Part shown: positions 11,876-24,879 of the stretch, piece by piece
Numbering within the stretch: the first letter of the stretch is position 1
How the letters are laid out: each line of letters opens with the position of its first letter
Source of the DNA: Octopus vulgaris
Taxonomy: Eukaryota
Direction: 5' to 3'
DNA length: 64,000 nt
Assembly (NCBI GenBank): GCA_951406725.2
Contig: OX597831.1
Span: 61,070,001-61,134,000 of the forward strand
Notes under the pieces: generated by a model
Databases searched by the model: none
What the model was told of the DNA's origin: nothing
Seen by the model: only the letters and a program-made list of their open reading frames with translations
Made by a program: the position numbers and the translations under genes

Positions 11876-12265
11876 GTAACAATCAACAGAAGTACTACAA
11901 AAGCCGGGTACAATAATTTTCTTAGGACTCTCCTATGGTCTCCGACTATAGAGTTTTTCAGACATGCACCCTGTTCCTTAGACACAGGAAAACTCTGTGA
12001 TGGACACAAATGCGGAAATCTGACTTCAGAGAAACATGGTCAACGGAAATATCATTATTAGGTTTTTGATTGGATCAGTAAAGGAGAATGATGAAAAGAA
12101 AATTTGTCAGCAAATATAAAGGCATGCACAGCAAGGCAAACACATACACACACAAATATACACGCACAAACACCACAAATGCCTGCACATTCAAGCTTTA
12201 GGTACAACTAGGAAGCAGACAAGAATAATGGTAGAGATAAAAGCAGGTCAGTGGTGAAATGATAA

Positions 12266-14419
12266 CACTGGTCAGCATTTGGGAATTATTTTTTTTTTTT
12301 AGTTTTTATTCATGGATGTAATGTTATATATTTTTGAGGTACTGATTTTAAATATCTAAACCATTTTGCTCTGTCACATAAGGATGTTGAATAAAACACA
12401 AATCAATAATAATTTTAAAAATGTGAATTTTTAAGATTTCGTTTTTATTAATATGAAGAAAAAGCAGATTCTGTTAGTTTTAAGAACAAACGTTTTCCAA
12501 ATCAACATGAAATGAATCAGAATTATCAACATCAAAGCAACTGAATGTAAAAAATATGATCTTAATGGTTAGCCTAAGTATTGATTCAAATGAAGGAGGA
12601 CTGCTTTGATTTCCACTTGTACTGTGTATTGGAGCGATCACCACCATCATGTTGACATTCCATTTGCCCTCGTATCGAGTTTCCATGGTGCAAATGTCTT
12701 GATGGAACCGTTCTCCTTCTTCTTCACTGTAGTCCCCACAATTCTTGGGAAAATAGTCAAGATGCGAGTGCGAAAAATGCATCTTGACACTCATTCTAAA
12801 CCCAAGTTGTTGGAAACTTGATATCATGTCTTGGATCATTTTTTTCATATTCTGAGGAGTGGCTGTTTCCCCAAGAAGTTTTGGACAATCTTCTTGAAGG
12901 AAAACCAGGCATTCATTTTGATACCTGCTAATGCTTCCTCAAAATGCTTGTCCCTCATCAATTCCCAAATCTAAGGTCCAACAATGATTTTTGCTTTTAG
13001 TTTACCTTCATTTATATGAGGAAAATTTGACTGCAGGTACTTGAAAGCAGATCCATTCTTGTTTAGAGCCTTTGCAAAGGTTTTCATAAGCCCTAATTTG
13101 ATGTGGAGTGGTGGCAGCAGAATTTTATTATTATTTTGTTTCTTTTTTTCTGGTGGGGTGTCAACTAGTGGCACAGCTTTCACGTTGAGATTTCCGGGTA
13201 AGAAGCTGGTTCTTGGCAGCCAGTTTTTTGTTCATAGTGCTGGCTATCTGTCGTATTAGGTCTTCAAGCATCCTGTTAAAACAGGATACTTGAAGACCTA
13301 GTAGGAAAGCAATAACTTTTAAATCACCACAAATGATAAAATTGTGATTATGCTACTTGATTGCAGTTATTACTGTCTTCAAATTTTCATAAGTTTCTGG
13401 CATTTGGACACTATGACCTATTGGCACAGATGCAGCAGTGTTGATATTGTATTCTGTTAGAAGAATCAATCAAGAGCCTCTATTCATCTCCTTTGTACAT
13501 CATCCCCATGTGTTCAATAATGCTAGAAATATTTTAACAGAAATCTAAAGAATCCTCTTTCTCAAAGAACTGAATGAATTACTCTTCATGATGAGGGTAC
13601 CAAGCGATTGTTTTTCCAGGAACTAGAAGCTTGTGTTCTCACAGTCTTGAGCCAAGTAACTTTCTTTGGAAGGTTAAGGTCTCTAACCAATTCATTGAGC
13701 TCAACTTTGTGAAGAATTTGGGGTTGATATTTGTTTGTGGCTCATAGTCTACTTCCATCTCATTAGTATCACTAGTATCAGACTCTGATGAAATTTCCTG
13801 TGTATCAGGTGGCACAGGTACAGGAATACCATTTCAGTGTGAATCAGGCATTAATGCTGAAGGAATATTTGGGTACATTACGGGATTTTTAATCTTCTCG
13901 ATGAATCCAAAGGAGCAGTCATCATAGTGGTTCATCTGCTCCCACCATATCACTGATACTCCAAAAGGCATACATTTAAGTTTACCAAGTGACCACATTT
14001 GAAGCTTAGGGATGGAACTCTTGCATCAGTAAGATTCAAGTGAAGTGAGGTGCAAATGGCTTGTCTAGATCTCCCAGTGTGCAGCCAAAATAAGCTAAAT
14101 AGCAGCTCCAGGAATCTGAAAGGGTGAATTGCCCACAAACAAAGCAGAATATATCTGGTGAATTGATTCACCCTCAAGACATATTCACAGACTGAAACTA
14201 AAGAAAAATATATTAGATTTAACATTTAAGTCAATACAAGGTAAGTATTTTAATTTATCATTTACATATGTTATACAATAAGAGATAAGTAACGCTTCCA
14301 TATAACCTGACAACCTGATGTGATAGAGATGAATAAAAAATACAATGACACATTATTTTTGTTATATATTCTGAAAAAAGATACCATACAGACAATTAAA
14401 AAAATCATGCCCACCAGTG
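12266..14419 (-). mobile_element. Chapaev3-like (CMC) DNA transposon, both ends present, transposase decayed
   Basis: TAA|CACTGGT...ACCAGTG|TAA termini; minus-strand motifs EQMNHYDDC, YPNIPSA, ILLPPLHIKLGLMKTFAKAL and KMHFSHSHLDYFPKNCGDYSEEEGERFHQDI; frameshifts and stops. Confidence 0.8.
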
Positions 14420-15307
14420 TAATGGAGAAATGAGAAAGAGAAAGGAGAAAAGTGGTAGAAGAAAGAAATAGACAAAAAGGGATTGGTCAAAAGGAAAGGA
14501 GAAGGAAGTAAAATGAAGATTCAGTGGGGAAGGCCAATATCTGGCATTTGAAGAGGTTGAAGGAGTGGAATTTTAAGAATGAGTAAACACAAGTGGAAGG
14601 TTCAAACTGGTCCCACACATGCTCAAGTATGTGTATACATTGTCATGGGAAGAAATATGAGCTGTCAGACATGCACACTTAGGGATACATACAAATGCCA
14701 TGTAGATGGGTAAAAAGCATGAAGCATATGACACTACTGTATTGAGTCTATATTCATTTCTTTATATGTTATATGTATTTATGCCTTGGCCATTTTCTTT
14801 TTCTTTTTCTTCCTTACATATAAAATTAAATCTCAGCCAGAAAAAATCTGAAATTGATTAAATTCTATAAAAATGCTGCCCAGGCATTGCCATATTCCAA
14901 TGATTTATGCCAGTAACAAAATAAATGCATATTAAAAGTGAATAACTCTTTTATTCTTTTAGTGTTTGCTGTCAAGAATTATGGTTATTCTCAAGTACCG
15001 GTTCAAAGGTTTTAACATCAATATTCAATACTTTGCCCAGTACCTATTTTATTGATCTCATAAAGATGAAGATGAAAGCTTAAAGGGGTTTAACCAGAGT
15101 ACAAAGGTTTATAACAAAATGCTATATGGTATTTATATTTAAAGTTTCATAAAATCCATCACACATAGGAAGTTATACACAAAACACACACATACATGCA
15201 CACACACACATACATACATACATACACGCACATGCACACACACATATGTTTCAGTTACAAGATTTTTCTTCCTTAAAATTATCAGCAAATGTATGGCTTG
15301 CAATATT

Positions 15308-15683
15308 GCGTCCCCAAAGTCCATCCCCTCCTCACCGTGATGGGGACGCTGGCAACGGGTAGTGTCAGAGCTATTTTGTCGGGAATTTCGGTTCCTGGTA
15401 GGGCCACCCAAGGCAGATTGGTCTGACACCGAGTGGTATTAGGGCCACAACCTGGCAGACAGGGCTCTGGTGAAAATCCTCCGAGTGTCTCTTTCAGCAA
15501 CTGGCGGCTCCTCGGTCATTCTGTCCCTGCATCTGCGGACAATCTGCAGCAAACAGAATGTCTCTACATGCGGGATTGTTGGGGACCACTTGTGAAATCC
15601 ACATATTTCCATAAAACTTCTTCCAAGGAAGAAGCCAACTCAACCCACCCAGGGTGAATGTCACCACAAGTACATGTACAAGT
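15308..15683 (+). mobile_element. Short non-autonomous RTE derivative (putative 5' end joined to RTE 3' end)
   Basis: 3' end GAAGAAGCCAACTCAACCCACCCAGGGTGAATGTCACCACAAGTAC matches the RTE 3' end at 39141-39198; AATATT flanks both sides (15302-15307, 15684-15689). Confidence 0.75.
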
Positions 15684-17045
15684 AATATTCTGACACAATT
15701 GTAAAATAAAAAGGGTTTTTTTTTCTATGAAATATGCTTGTATATATTGCAGAAATCAAGAATGCTGTAATTATGCAACAAAATGTCTTGAACTAATATC
15801 AAATTCTTTTATTCTATGCAGTCATTAAAATAGATCAACAGTTATTCATTCCCCCTCCCCACTTCCATCTCCATCTGAAGGCTTATCAAATTTCAGAACA
15901 ATTCTTTTTACAAATCAGATAAAATTTCTTACTGAATTATTTAAAATTATTTAGGATAGATTTTTTTATATTTTTCTATCAGCTTTTCATTTGTCCCTAC
16001 ATTAATATTAGTAAATTCTAAGAATGATAAATGAGGTTTTTTCATTGCCATAGCAACACAGTTTGTTTCAGAAAAAAATTAGTTCAAATGCTAGACTTGA
16101 ACTCTTGTGCGATTGCATTAGGAAACATTGCATTCAACCAGATTTTCAGTATATTTCAGATAATAATGTCAGATGCTCTGATACTTATTGTCTTGTTCTT
16201 AAATAAACAAAATGTGTACGTCTGTGTACAACGTAAATTATTGAATGAAAGACCTATTAGATCATAGCTACTGGAAGTGTGATCAGTTTGTCCAATATAA
16301 ATTTTCCCGCACATACTACCATAGACACTTGATTATAAAGTAACGTAATGGAAATTGTTACTAGTGAAGCGGAGAGTAGATGTAAACATCTATATAAATA
16401 ACACTACTATGTATTCAACACTATGTGGACATTCCTTATATTCTGGAATTTCTGTTCTGAATTAATTTCCCCCTATTCTATATATCATTACTATTGTAAT
16501 ATCTGTATTCTCTGCTCATATATTTACACCTTACTTTCTCAGATTAAGCACTAACAGTTATGTTAAACTTTTTGTTGGTGAAAATTATTGAATCTTATAT
16601 GTAGGTAGGAAAACTATTAGTGTATTATTTTGGTGTACCATGCCATGGCCAGTTGTATTAAAGATGGAGAATAGGTGATGGGTTAACTTTATATATATAT
16701 TTATATATATAAATCAGTAAATGGTGGGGTTGTGTTGACCACACATGGAGAAATGATAGGAGAGGAAACATTATAATAAGGCAGAATGCTAAATTGAAAG
16801 TAATCTTTAATAAAAATGTGTGTATGGAAAATTAAAAAAGAAAGATAATAAATCAAACTGGTTTTCATTGCAAGGCAAATTTTTAAGATTTGGAAGGGGA
16901 AAAGAATTTTTTTTTTAAATTGAGGAAGGGGAAAAAAGAAATTTACAATTTTTTCAAAAAAATAATAATACATATATACAAAAATTCATAAATAAGTATA
17001 CCGATACATTGTAGAGCCTTTATGCTTTTAGAGTTCAATAACAAT

Positions 17046-17047
<2 letters not shown>

Positions 17048-17093
<46 letters not shown>
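17048..17093. repeat. (TA)n microsatellite
   Basis: Direct observation. Confidence 0.95.
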
Positions 17094-17096
<3 letters not shown>

Positions 17097-17381
17097 TTCA
17101 TCATTCCAGGGAGATGAAAGTAAAAGTCCACCATAACAGAATTTTGTAAACTCCATTCCCATATACCTGCTAAGATACTTGCACATAGTATTTTATTTTA
17201 CCTCCATTATTCCATTTTAGAGAGGACTAAATATAACATCCACTAATGAGAAATACTGTAGACTTTGATTATAGTCTCATTCACTTCCTCTGAATATACT
17301 CTGAGATAACTGTATGAAGTCAGCAGAATTGTACATGACATACAAGAATGTAATCCAATGGTTTGTCTTTTAATCTCAAAT

Positions 17382-17791
17382 ACTTACTTACTTACTTACT
17401 TTTACTCGTGGTGACATTCACCCTGGGTGGGTTGAGCCGGCTTCTTCTACCACCCTTGAGGCATCTCGAACCATGGCAGCCCATGCACAACGGTCCTGTG
17501 CCAGTTCACTAGAGATAGCGAGCCAGTCACGGTTCCATTGGCACAGGCCGACCACCTGCTGACCCATGAGCACGGAGAGGTCCTCCTTGATCATCGTAGC
17601 CCAGGTCTTCAGCTGCCCGCCCACACGTTTCTGCCAGTTGGGAAGTGGAGTTGGGAGAAGGACATCATGGCTCAGTTCACCCACCGGATGCCTACATGCA
17701 TGGTCAAACCATCGCAAGTGCTGTTGCAGAAGGACAGATGGAAGGGGCCGTAGAGACAGGCGAAGTCGGAGATTGGCGGTGAGCACTACTA
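17382..17791 (-). mobile_element. RTE-clade LINE, 5'-truncated 3' end
   Basis: ORF 17418..17786 LRWFDHACRHPVGEL...GGQLKTW; short repeat tail; TSD AATCTCAAAT at 17372-17381 and 17792-17801. Confidence 0.9.
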
Positions 17792-18559
17792 AATCTCAAA
17801 TGACAAGAACATGGAATTAAATATTTTGTAGTATCCAGTTTTATCTTGGTATTTCATCAATTCCAACTCTACTGATATGACTAATTTTCTACTTGGCCAA
17901 GGAAACACTAGTTGTAATTTGAGGTTATCTCAATCATTTATGTTCCAACCACTACTAAATTCAATGTTGACCTTTAAGGACCAATATTCAAGTTGATTGT
18001 TAAAGGTCAATTTCGAATTAAGTAGTGAATCCTTATTTGAATTCTTTAGATCAGACATAAAGTTTATATCTCTGAAGAAAACGTTACTCAGAGCAGCAAT
18101 AAATATGTCAAGGAAAGCCTATTTAACCTGCAAGAAGATGTGAATATTCCAAGAGAAGTAAAGAATTAATTTATGAAGTACTAATATGGAAACTAGTACA
18201 AAGGAATAAATAGGTAAAGAGCCTGTATTAATGTATATTGTTTTACTATGAGTATATTACTCTCATCAGTTGTTAAGTTCTACAAGCTGCAATACGATTG
18301 CAATACCAGGGCTCAGTAGAAAGTACTTATTTTATTGATCTCATAAAGATGAATATGAAAGCTTAAAGGGGTTTAATCAGCATATAAAGGGTTATAATGA
18401 AATGCCATATGGTATTTATATTTAAAGTTTCATAAAATCCACCACACATAGGAAGTTATACACAAAACACACACATACATGCACACACATGCACGTGCAC
18501 ACAGAATTTTGTAAACCCCATTCCTATATACCTGCTAAAATACTTACACATAGTATTTT

Positions 18560-18799
18560 GGCCCCCGTGCCGGTGGCATGTAAAAAGCACCATCCGATCG
18601 CGGCCGTTTGCCAGACTCGTCTGGCACGTAAAATGCACCCACTACACTCATGGAGTAGTTGGTGTTAGGAAGGGCATCCAGCTGTAGAAACTTTGCCAGA
18701 TCAGACTGGGCCTGGTGCAGCCTTCTCGCTCCCCAGACCCCAGTTGAAACGTCCAACCCATGCTAGCATGGAAAGCGGACGCTAAATGATGATGATGAT
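18560..18799 (+). mobile_element. SINE family D (RTE-type tail ending in (GAT)n)
   Basis: TTAGGAAGGGCATCCAGCTGTAGAAAC...TCCAACCCATGCTAGCATGGAAAGCGGACG-(GAT)n; absent from the paralogous sequence near 17190. Confidence 0.85.
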
Positions 18800-21700
18800 T
18801 CCATTCTAGAGAGGACTAAATATAATATCCACTCATGTGAAATACTCTAGCCTTTGTTTATAGTCTCATTCACTTCCTCTGAATATACCTTGAGATAACT
18901 GTATGAGGTCAGTGATCAAGATTGATCTTAGGAAGATTAAGATGAGCCAGCGACCTTTGCATATAGATGAGTATTTTGTTATGTTCTAAAACAGTCACGG
19001 TCCCATTTTTTAAAACTGAAAGTGCTGAAAATAGCCCATGTTACCATTGAGAAAATATGAACATGGAAGAAATATCTGAAAATAGAATTGTTTCAATGGA
19101 TGAAAAAGTTATGCAGAGTTAGGTTATTCCACCATGCAAGATCAGCATGTCAGGAAAATGGTGCAGTGCTATGAGATTATTCAAAAGGCGATATGGAAAT
19201 GAAGGCATTGTACAAATAGTATGTTTATGAATAATTTTAATTATCTTCAGTCACATAAATTTGTTTTGTTTTTTTGTTTTTGTTATCATTGTGTTGCATG
19301 CCAATTCTCCTTGGTAGTTGTTTCAGAGACAACGAGAAATAATTCATGTTTGAAATGGTGTTCTGATTTGTTCTGTAAGAATATAGCTACCAGTATGGTG
19401 AGGGCAATGTAGGAAGAGAGAATTAAAGTTTACAACTGACAATAGAGATTGCATTTTAGTCATGTTAGAAAGATCAAAGAACCAAAATAGTAATTATCAA
19501 ATAGAAAACAATCAATTGATTTCTACACAAACTAAATATAAATACATTTTCAGATCACTGGCTAGATCTCAGTGCTGTTGTTCAAAGAGAGTGGTATTGT
19601 GGGAACAAATGAAAATCATTGATAAAGATTTGAAAGACAATTGCTTGTACTACAGTTCAATAATTAGAGATCAAAAAGTGAATAGGATGAGTTATTTTCA
19701 ACTTCACAAATCGCCATTAAACTATTTCAAAGAACTACTAGAGAGATTTAACCTTAGTTATTATGACAGGAAACAACACTCTGTTGAATGTCAGACTAAA
19801 AGTGATATTTATTCCAATTTGGTTTTCTTTTTGTTTTTTGTTATTTGTTTTGTCTTTTTTTTGTTTGTTTGTTTGTTTTTTTCAAAATAGTGATTGGAAA
19901 ACAGAAATGCTTGTGTCAATTGATGTACTGGAGAAATTAACATGAGCTACCATTGCCTGACAAATTGACATGGAAAAATTTACTAAGGAAGATATCTGCA
20001 TGAAGGATATGTTGTTTAGCAAAGGCTAACTCATAGTAGAATATTTTAGAATATTTGTTATCACATCACACAAAGTATATTTTCTCCCATTTAACCCCCA
20101 AAACCCTTTCTTTTATTTTATGCAACATACAAATTATTACATCTGCAAAATGATTAATATCATATATGTAGATAGAGCAAATTCTGTCATGATTTAAGGG
20201 AAATGAGATATGATTTTAAAGAATTCTATTTTTGTTCATAATGGAGCTTTTAACACTTTAATTCTTCTTTCTCTCTCTCTCTCATTCCCTCTGTCTTTTG
20301 TCTCTCTGCCATAATAACTCAGGGAGACATGTTTAAATTGTGGAAGGATAAAATAAAGGATCTTCAGTCATTAAAATTTTACTGCTTAATGAGTAATGAG
20401 AGACACTGTATGGTGAGGGGGAGAGAATGGGATGGATTATCAAAGGCAACTGTTGAAGAGAGATGAAATAATGAGTGACACTTGAACTGGCATAGTCATG
20501 TATTGAAATGCTTCAAATGTGAGGTGACTAAACGGGATTTGTGTTGTTGCTGGTGTGTGAGTTAGGGAAGTCACACATGCCAGAGGTAGATTGATTTTCT
20601 ATCATTCAAATAAATCATCTGAGAAGATCATGCCCTTCTAGTGCAGAATCTATCATTTTAATTGAAGTTAAGGTCACAAAGGTCACACCACCTTCCATAA
20701 TAGCAATAAAATATTGAATTCTCCCTTCTTTGCAAACTGAATAATCTTTGGTGTTTGTTAAAATTTTTATGCCTTTTGATACTGACAAAGAGCTTATTTT
20801 TTATCATGTTCACATTCAGTTATTTGCCTGAAGACTATTCTTCCAATGTTCAAGCTTCTTTCACAAATGTTTTATTGATTCTTCCATGAGAACAAAGTTT
20901 TCAGTCGTTTTCCAAATATGACCTCAAGAATTAAAACAAAATATTCATAATATTAAGAAGATAATTGAACATTGGTGCATTAATGGTGTCATGACAGATA
21001 GTTATTCTCAAAATAGTTTTAAGTTTTCTTTTCCAACAAGGATGAAAGTTGAAGATGGCACCATTACAACTAATCACAGCAAATCATTGTACCAAATGCT
21101 TTACTAATTCTTCGAATTTACTACTAATTCTCTTCAAGTAATTTAATAAACATGGGCCAAATACCATGCACCACATCAACAAAACCAAAAAAAAGCATTG
21201 CTTTGAAAGTAGCATTCAGCCTTACACCATCAAGTGGTATATATAACACTTATAAAATTCCTGTAGAATTCCCTTAAATCAGATTACATCACCACAAATT
21301 TACCTGTTCTCATGTGTTCATTCAATAATATATTTTTTTCTTTAAAATATTAAATGCAAAACTAATACAAAAAATGTTGATTTCAAACAATTTAATGCAT
21401 AATGTTCAACACTGATTGGATAATATTGGTCTGTTGTATTTTTTGTTCGGATGAACTAAAATTTAATTATTTGATGGTTTCTTCTCATTCTATTAGATGA
21501 TAATTAATTACCAAGTTCAGCACTGCAGCAAACATGCCAAAGTGAGCAATCATAATACTATTATAGTTAAATAATGGTGATGGTATTGTTGATAGGGTTA
21601 GCTTGAGGCGATTGATGGTTACTGCAGCCTAACAATGCCTCTCTTAATATGAATTGTATTTCATACAGAAATTTTAGTTGGAAAGAATTCTGGTATCAAG

Positions 21701-21849
21701 CAAGATGAAAACTGTTACAGCAATAAACATGTTGCTCATTACATCAGAAAAAGATAACAAATTGGATTCAGTAGTAAAATCTATTTCCAATGTAGTATAA
21801 TCTATGAATAACAAGTCAAAGAATTGCATTTACATTTTTACAATCTTAG

Positions 21850-22029
21850 CTGTTTGTTTGTTTGTTGAGCGAAGAGGTCTTTGTCCCAGAGCTCGCAAGA
21901 TCACGACTCTGTAGTGGTAGATGTCAAAACGGGATCCTTTGCTATTCGTAAGACCCGCAGAAGAGAAAGCAGGTCAACCCCCAACACCAAGAGTCCACTG
22001 CCCTAACCATTGTGCCATTGCACCTTCAC
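21850..22029 (-). mobile_element. SINE family C fragment, internally deleted
   Basis: GAGTCCACTGCCCTAACCATTGTGCCATTGCACCTTCA matches the family C head; (TTTG)n tail. Confidence 0.6.
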
Positions 22030-22398
22030 AACTGTTGCTGTATTTTGCCCAGGTCAACCCAGATTGAACAGGTCCATGGTGAAAGGTATTTCAGATTTGG
22101 CTAATGTATGTTTTCGCTTTTAAGATTGCAAGGTAGGTGTGATTTCAAGGAAATTATATTTTAAAATCTATGATGGTTTAACATCATTGATAAAAAGTAT
22201 GAGATTGTATCAATGATAGGGGAGCAGTAAACTAATATCAAAATCCAAACCTAATTTTGTGCTAAAAATATTTTGCTTAAAAAGGCACTTTTTGTTTGAA
22301 CAGACTCTAATACAAATACATTTATTTCTAATCAAGTATTAAACATATTTTATTGAGGAAATGGATGAGATGGAAAAGAATCACAAAAGATGCTGCTT

Positions 22399-23059
22399 TA
22401 TAGCTTCGGGCCACCCAAAGCATTGTGAGTGGATTTGCTATATGGAAACAGCAAGAAGCCTGTCGTATATGTACACTACCGTCAGAAATTAATTAGCACC
22501 CTTGATTTGCTCTTCACTCAAGGTATGTGCTGTCACCTAGTGGCCATATCTCGAACTATTGCTTTGTTGCGAGTTCACTGTTGCGCAGAACGATGACGTA
22601 ACTTTGTTTGCAGAGCAGTTTGAGAGTCTACAGCCTTATGATGTTGACATAGCAGTGCAACAACTTGGAGTGCGGATGCAGACAAATCTTCCTTTGTTTA
22701 ATAGATATAGGTAGCGCCTCGCAAGGACCGAAATCACACCATACTAAGTTTTCTCATCGCGTAAGACGTTTTGAACAGCTCATAAGGTTAATTGATTTAA
22801 CCTATTTAATGTAGAAATTTGAGAAGTGCTAATTAATTTCTGACGCAAGTGTATATATATGTATATGTATGTGTATGTATGTGTTTGTGAGTGTGTCTGC
22901 TTGTCCCCTCCTAACATTGCTTGACAACTAATGCTGGTGTGTTTACGTCCCTGTAACTTAGCGCTTCGGTAAAAGAGGCTGATAGAATAAGTACTAGCCT
23001 TACAAAAAAATAAGCTCTGGGTTCGATTTGCTCGACTAAAGTTGGTGCCCCAGCATGGT
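22399..23059 (+). mobile_element. SINE family A interrupted by a MITE
   Basis: Family A sequence on both sides of 22474-22851. Confidence 0.8.
22474..22851. mobile_element. Tc1/mariner-type MITE
   Basis: 26-bp TIRs CACTACCGTCAGAAATTAATTAGCAC / GTGCTAATTAATTTCTGACGCAAGTG with TA on both sides. Confidence 0.9.
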
Positions 23060-23166
23060 GTAGTTTGAGATTTCCTTGAACCAGTTTCAAATCAAACTGA
23101 GGAGCATTCTGCTTTTCATTTCTCAATAGTTGGGGGAATGCATATCATTAATTACACCTTTGTTTC

Positions 23167-23382
23167 AGGTGGTAAGCTGGCAGAATCATAAGCATCCTAT
23201 GCAAAATGCATAGCAGTATTTCATCTGTCTTTAAATTCTAAGTTTAAATTCTACTGAGGTCAACTTTGCTTTCATTATTTCAGGATCTACGAAATAAGTA
23301 CCAGTTGAGCACTGGAATCAGTGTAATCGACTTACACTTTCACCCTAACTCGCTGGCCTTGTACCAAAATTTGAAACCAATT
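23167..23382 (+). mobile_element. SINE family B, older variant
   Basis: GGTGGTAAGCTGGCAGAATC head, diverged core, tail GGCCTTGTACCAAAATTTGAAACCA. Confidence 0.75.
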
Positions 23383-23520
23383 ATGGCACCTTTATAAAAA
23401 CTTGTATCTCTTGTTATGATTTTTTCTCTTTCTTTTCATGTTTTTCCTCATCCATCATGTATATATGATTGTATTCATTCCAACAACTATCCTTTCGTCT
23501 ACAAAACATGCCATGTGAAA

Positions 23521-23786
23521 TCATCAACATCATCATCGTTTAATGTCCGTTCTCCATGCTAGCATGGGTTGGACAGTTTGACCGGGGATCTGTGACGTCA
23601 GAAGGCTGCACCAGGCTCCAGTCTGATCTGGAAGTGTTTCTACGGCTGGGTGCCCTTCCTAACGCCAAACACTTTTTGAGTCTAGTGGGTGCTTTTTACA
23701 TACCACCGGCACAGGTGCCAGGTGAAGCTGGTAATGGCCACAATCGGATTGGTGCTTTTTATGTGCCACCGGTACAGAAGCCAGTG
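23521..23786 (-). mobile_element. SINE family D
   Basis: (CAT)n-CGTTTAATGTCCG...CATGCTAGCATGGGTTGGAC...GCCCTTCCTAACGCCAA. Confidence 0.85.
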
Positions 23787-24244
23787 AAATGTAATCAGTT
23801 TTATAAATATGTCTTACAACAAAAGATAAACTTCCTTTGAAATGAGCTTGTTACTGAGTAGTCTCAGTTCTACATTCCTTTGCCCTTATAATCAGTTCTT
23901 TTTTTAAAGTCTAATTATCTTACTTATGATAATGTAGTTATTGATATTGCATTTACGTTTTTCAAATTTGTCTGGATTATATAGGACATGGTTCTTGGAA
24001 GTTTTCAGAAATTGTAGCTGTTCAACACCAGGTCAGCCTTGATTGATCTAACGTATGATCACAGTCATTCCAGCATTGTGTATCATGTGTTTTTGTATAT
24101 CTAGGGCTACATTTTTCAATGTGCTCTCTTTGTGATAAGTTGTCATTTGAGAAGAAATGTAGTTGCTATTTCTAGCAAGTTGAAGAACTACATAGATGAT
24201 CCTTCAGAAGTGTTCTGAATGTGAGTGTTTGAATATATAGGCTC

Positions 24245-24577
24245 AGGCAATATGAAGGCTGTGTGATAAGTAGCTTGCTTACCAACCACATGGTTCCAGG
24301 TTCAGTCCCACTGTGTGGCACATTGGGCAAGTGTCTTGGGCCGAACAAACCTTGTGAGTGGATTTGGTAGACGGAAACTGAAAGAACCCCATCGTATATA
24401 TGTATATAAATATATATATATATGCATGTGTTTGTCGCCCCAACACCACTTGTCAACCGATGCTGGTGTGTTTCCGTCTCCATAACTTAGTGGTTCGGTA
24501 AAAGAGACCGATAGAATAAGTACTAGGCTTACAAAGAATAAGTCCTGGGATCGATTGACTGAAACAAGTAAAAGAGT
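24245..24577 (+). mobile_element. SINE family A
   Basis: GGCTGTGTGATAAGTAGCTTGCTTACCAACCACATGGTTCCAGGTTCAGTCCC head through GAAACAAGTAAAAGAG. Confidence 0.9.
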
Positions 24578-24879
24578 ATCATGTTTAGTATATAGAGTTT
24601 GTTATCTAAAAGCTATGAGTGAAAACAAGGCAGTTATCATTGTAGTTTATTGCCAACTTTAATGAGAAATTTGAGACCTGTTCTGGACAGATAGAAATCA
24701 TGGTGGATCCAATGTATTGTATGTACAATACTCACATTCAATCTTCTTGCTGTCCTGACTAAGTTGTAATTTCTTGCTTGTGTTTTGTCTTCTAAGACTG
24801 TTGAGATTAAGGTCACTAATGCTTCTTGTGAACCACTGCAACTGAGCATCTGCATAAAAGACATGAGTTAAGAGGAAAC

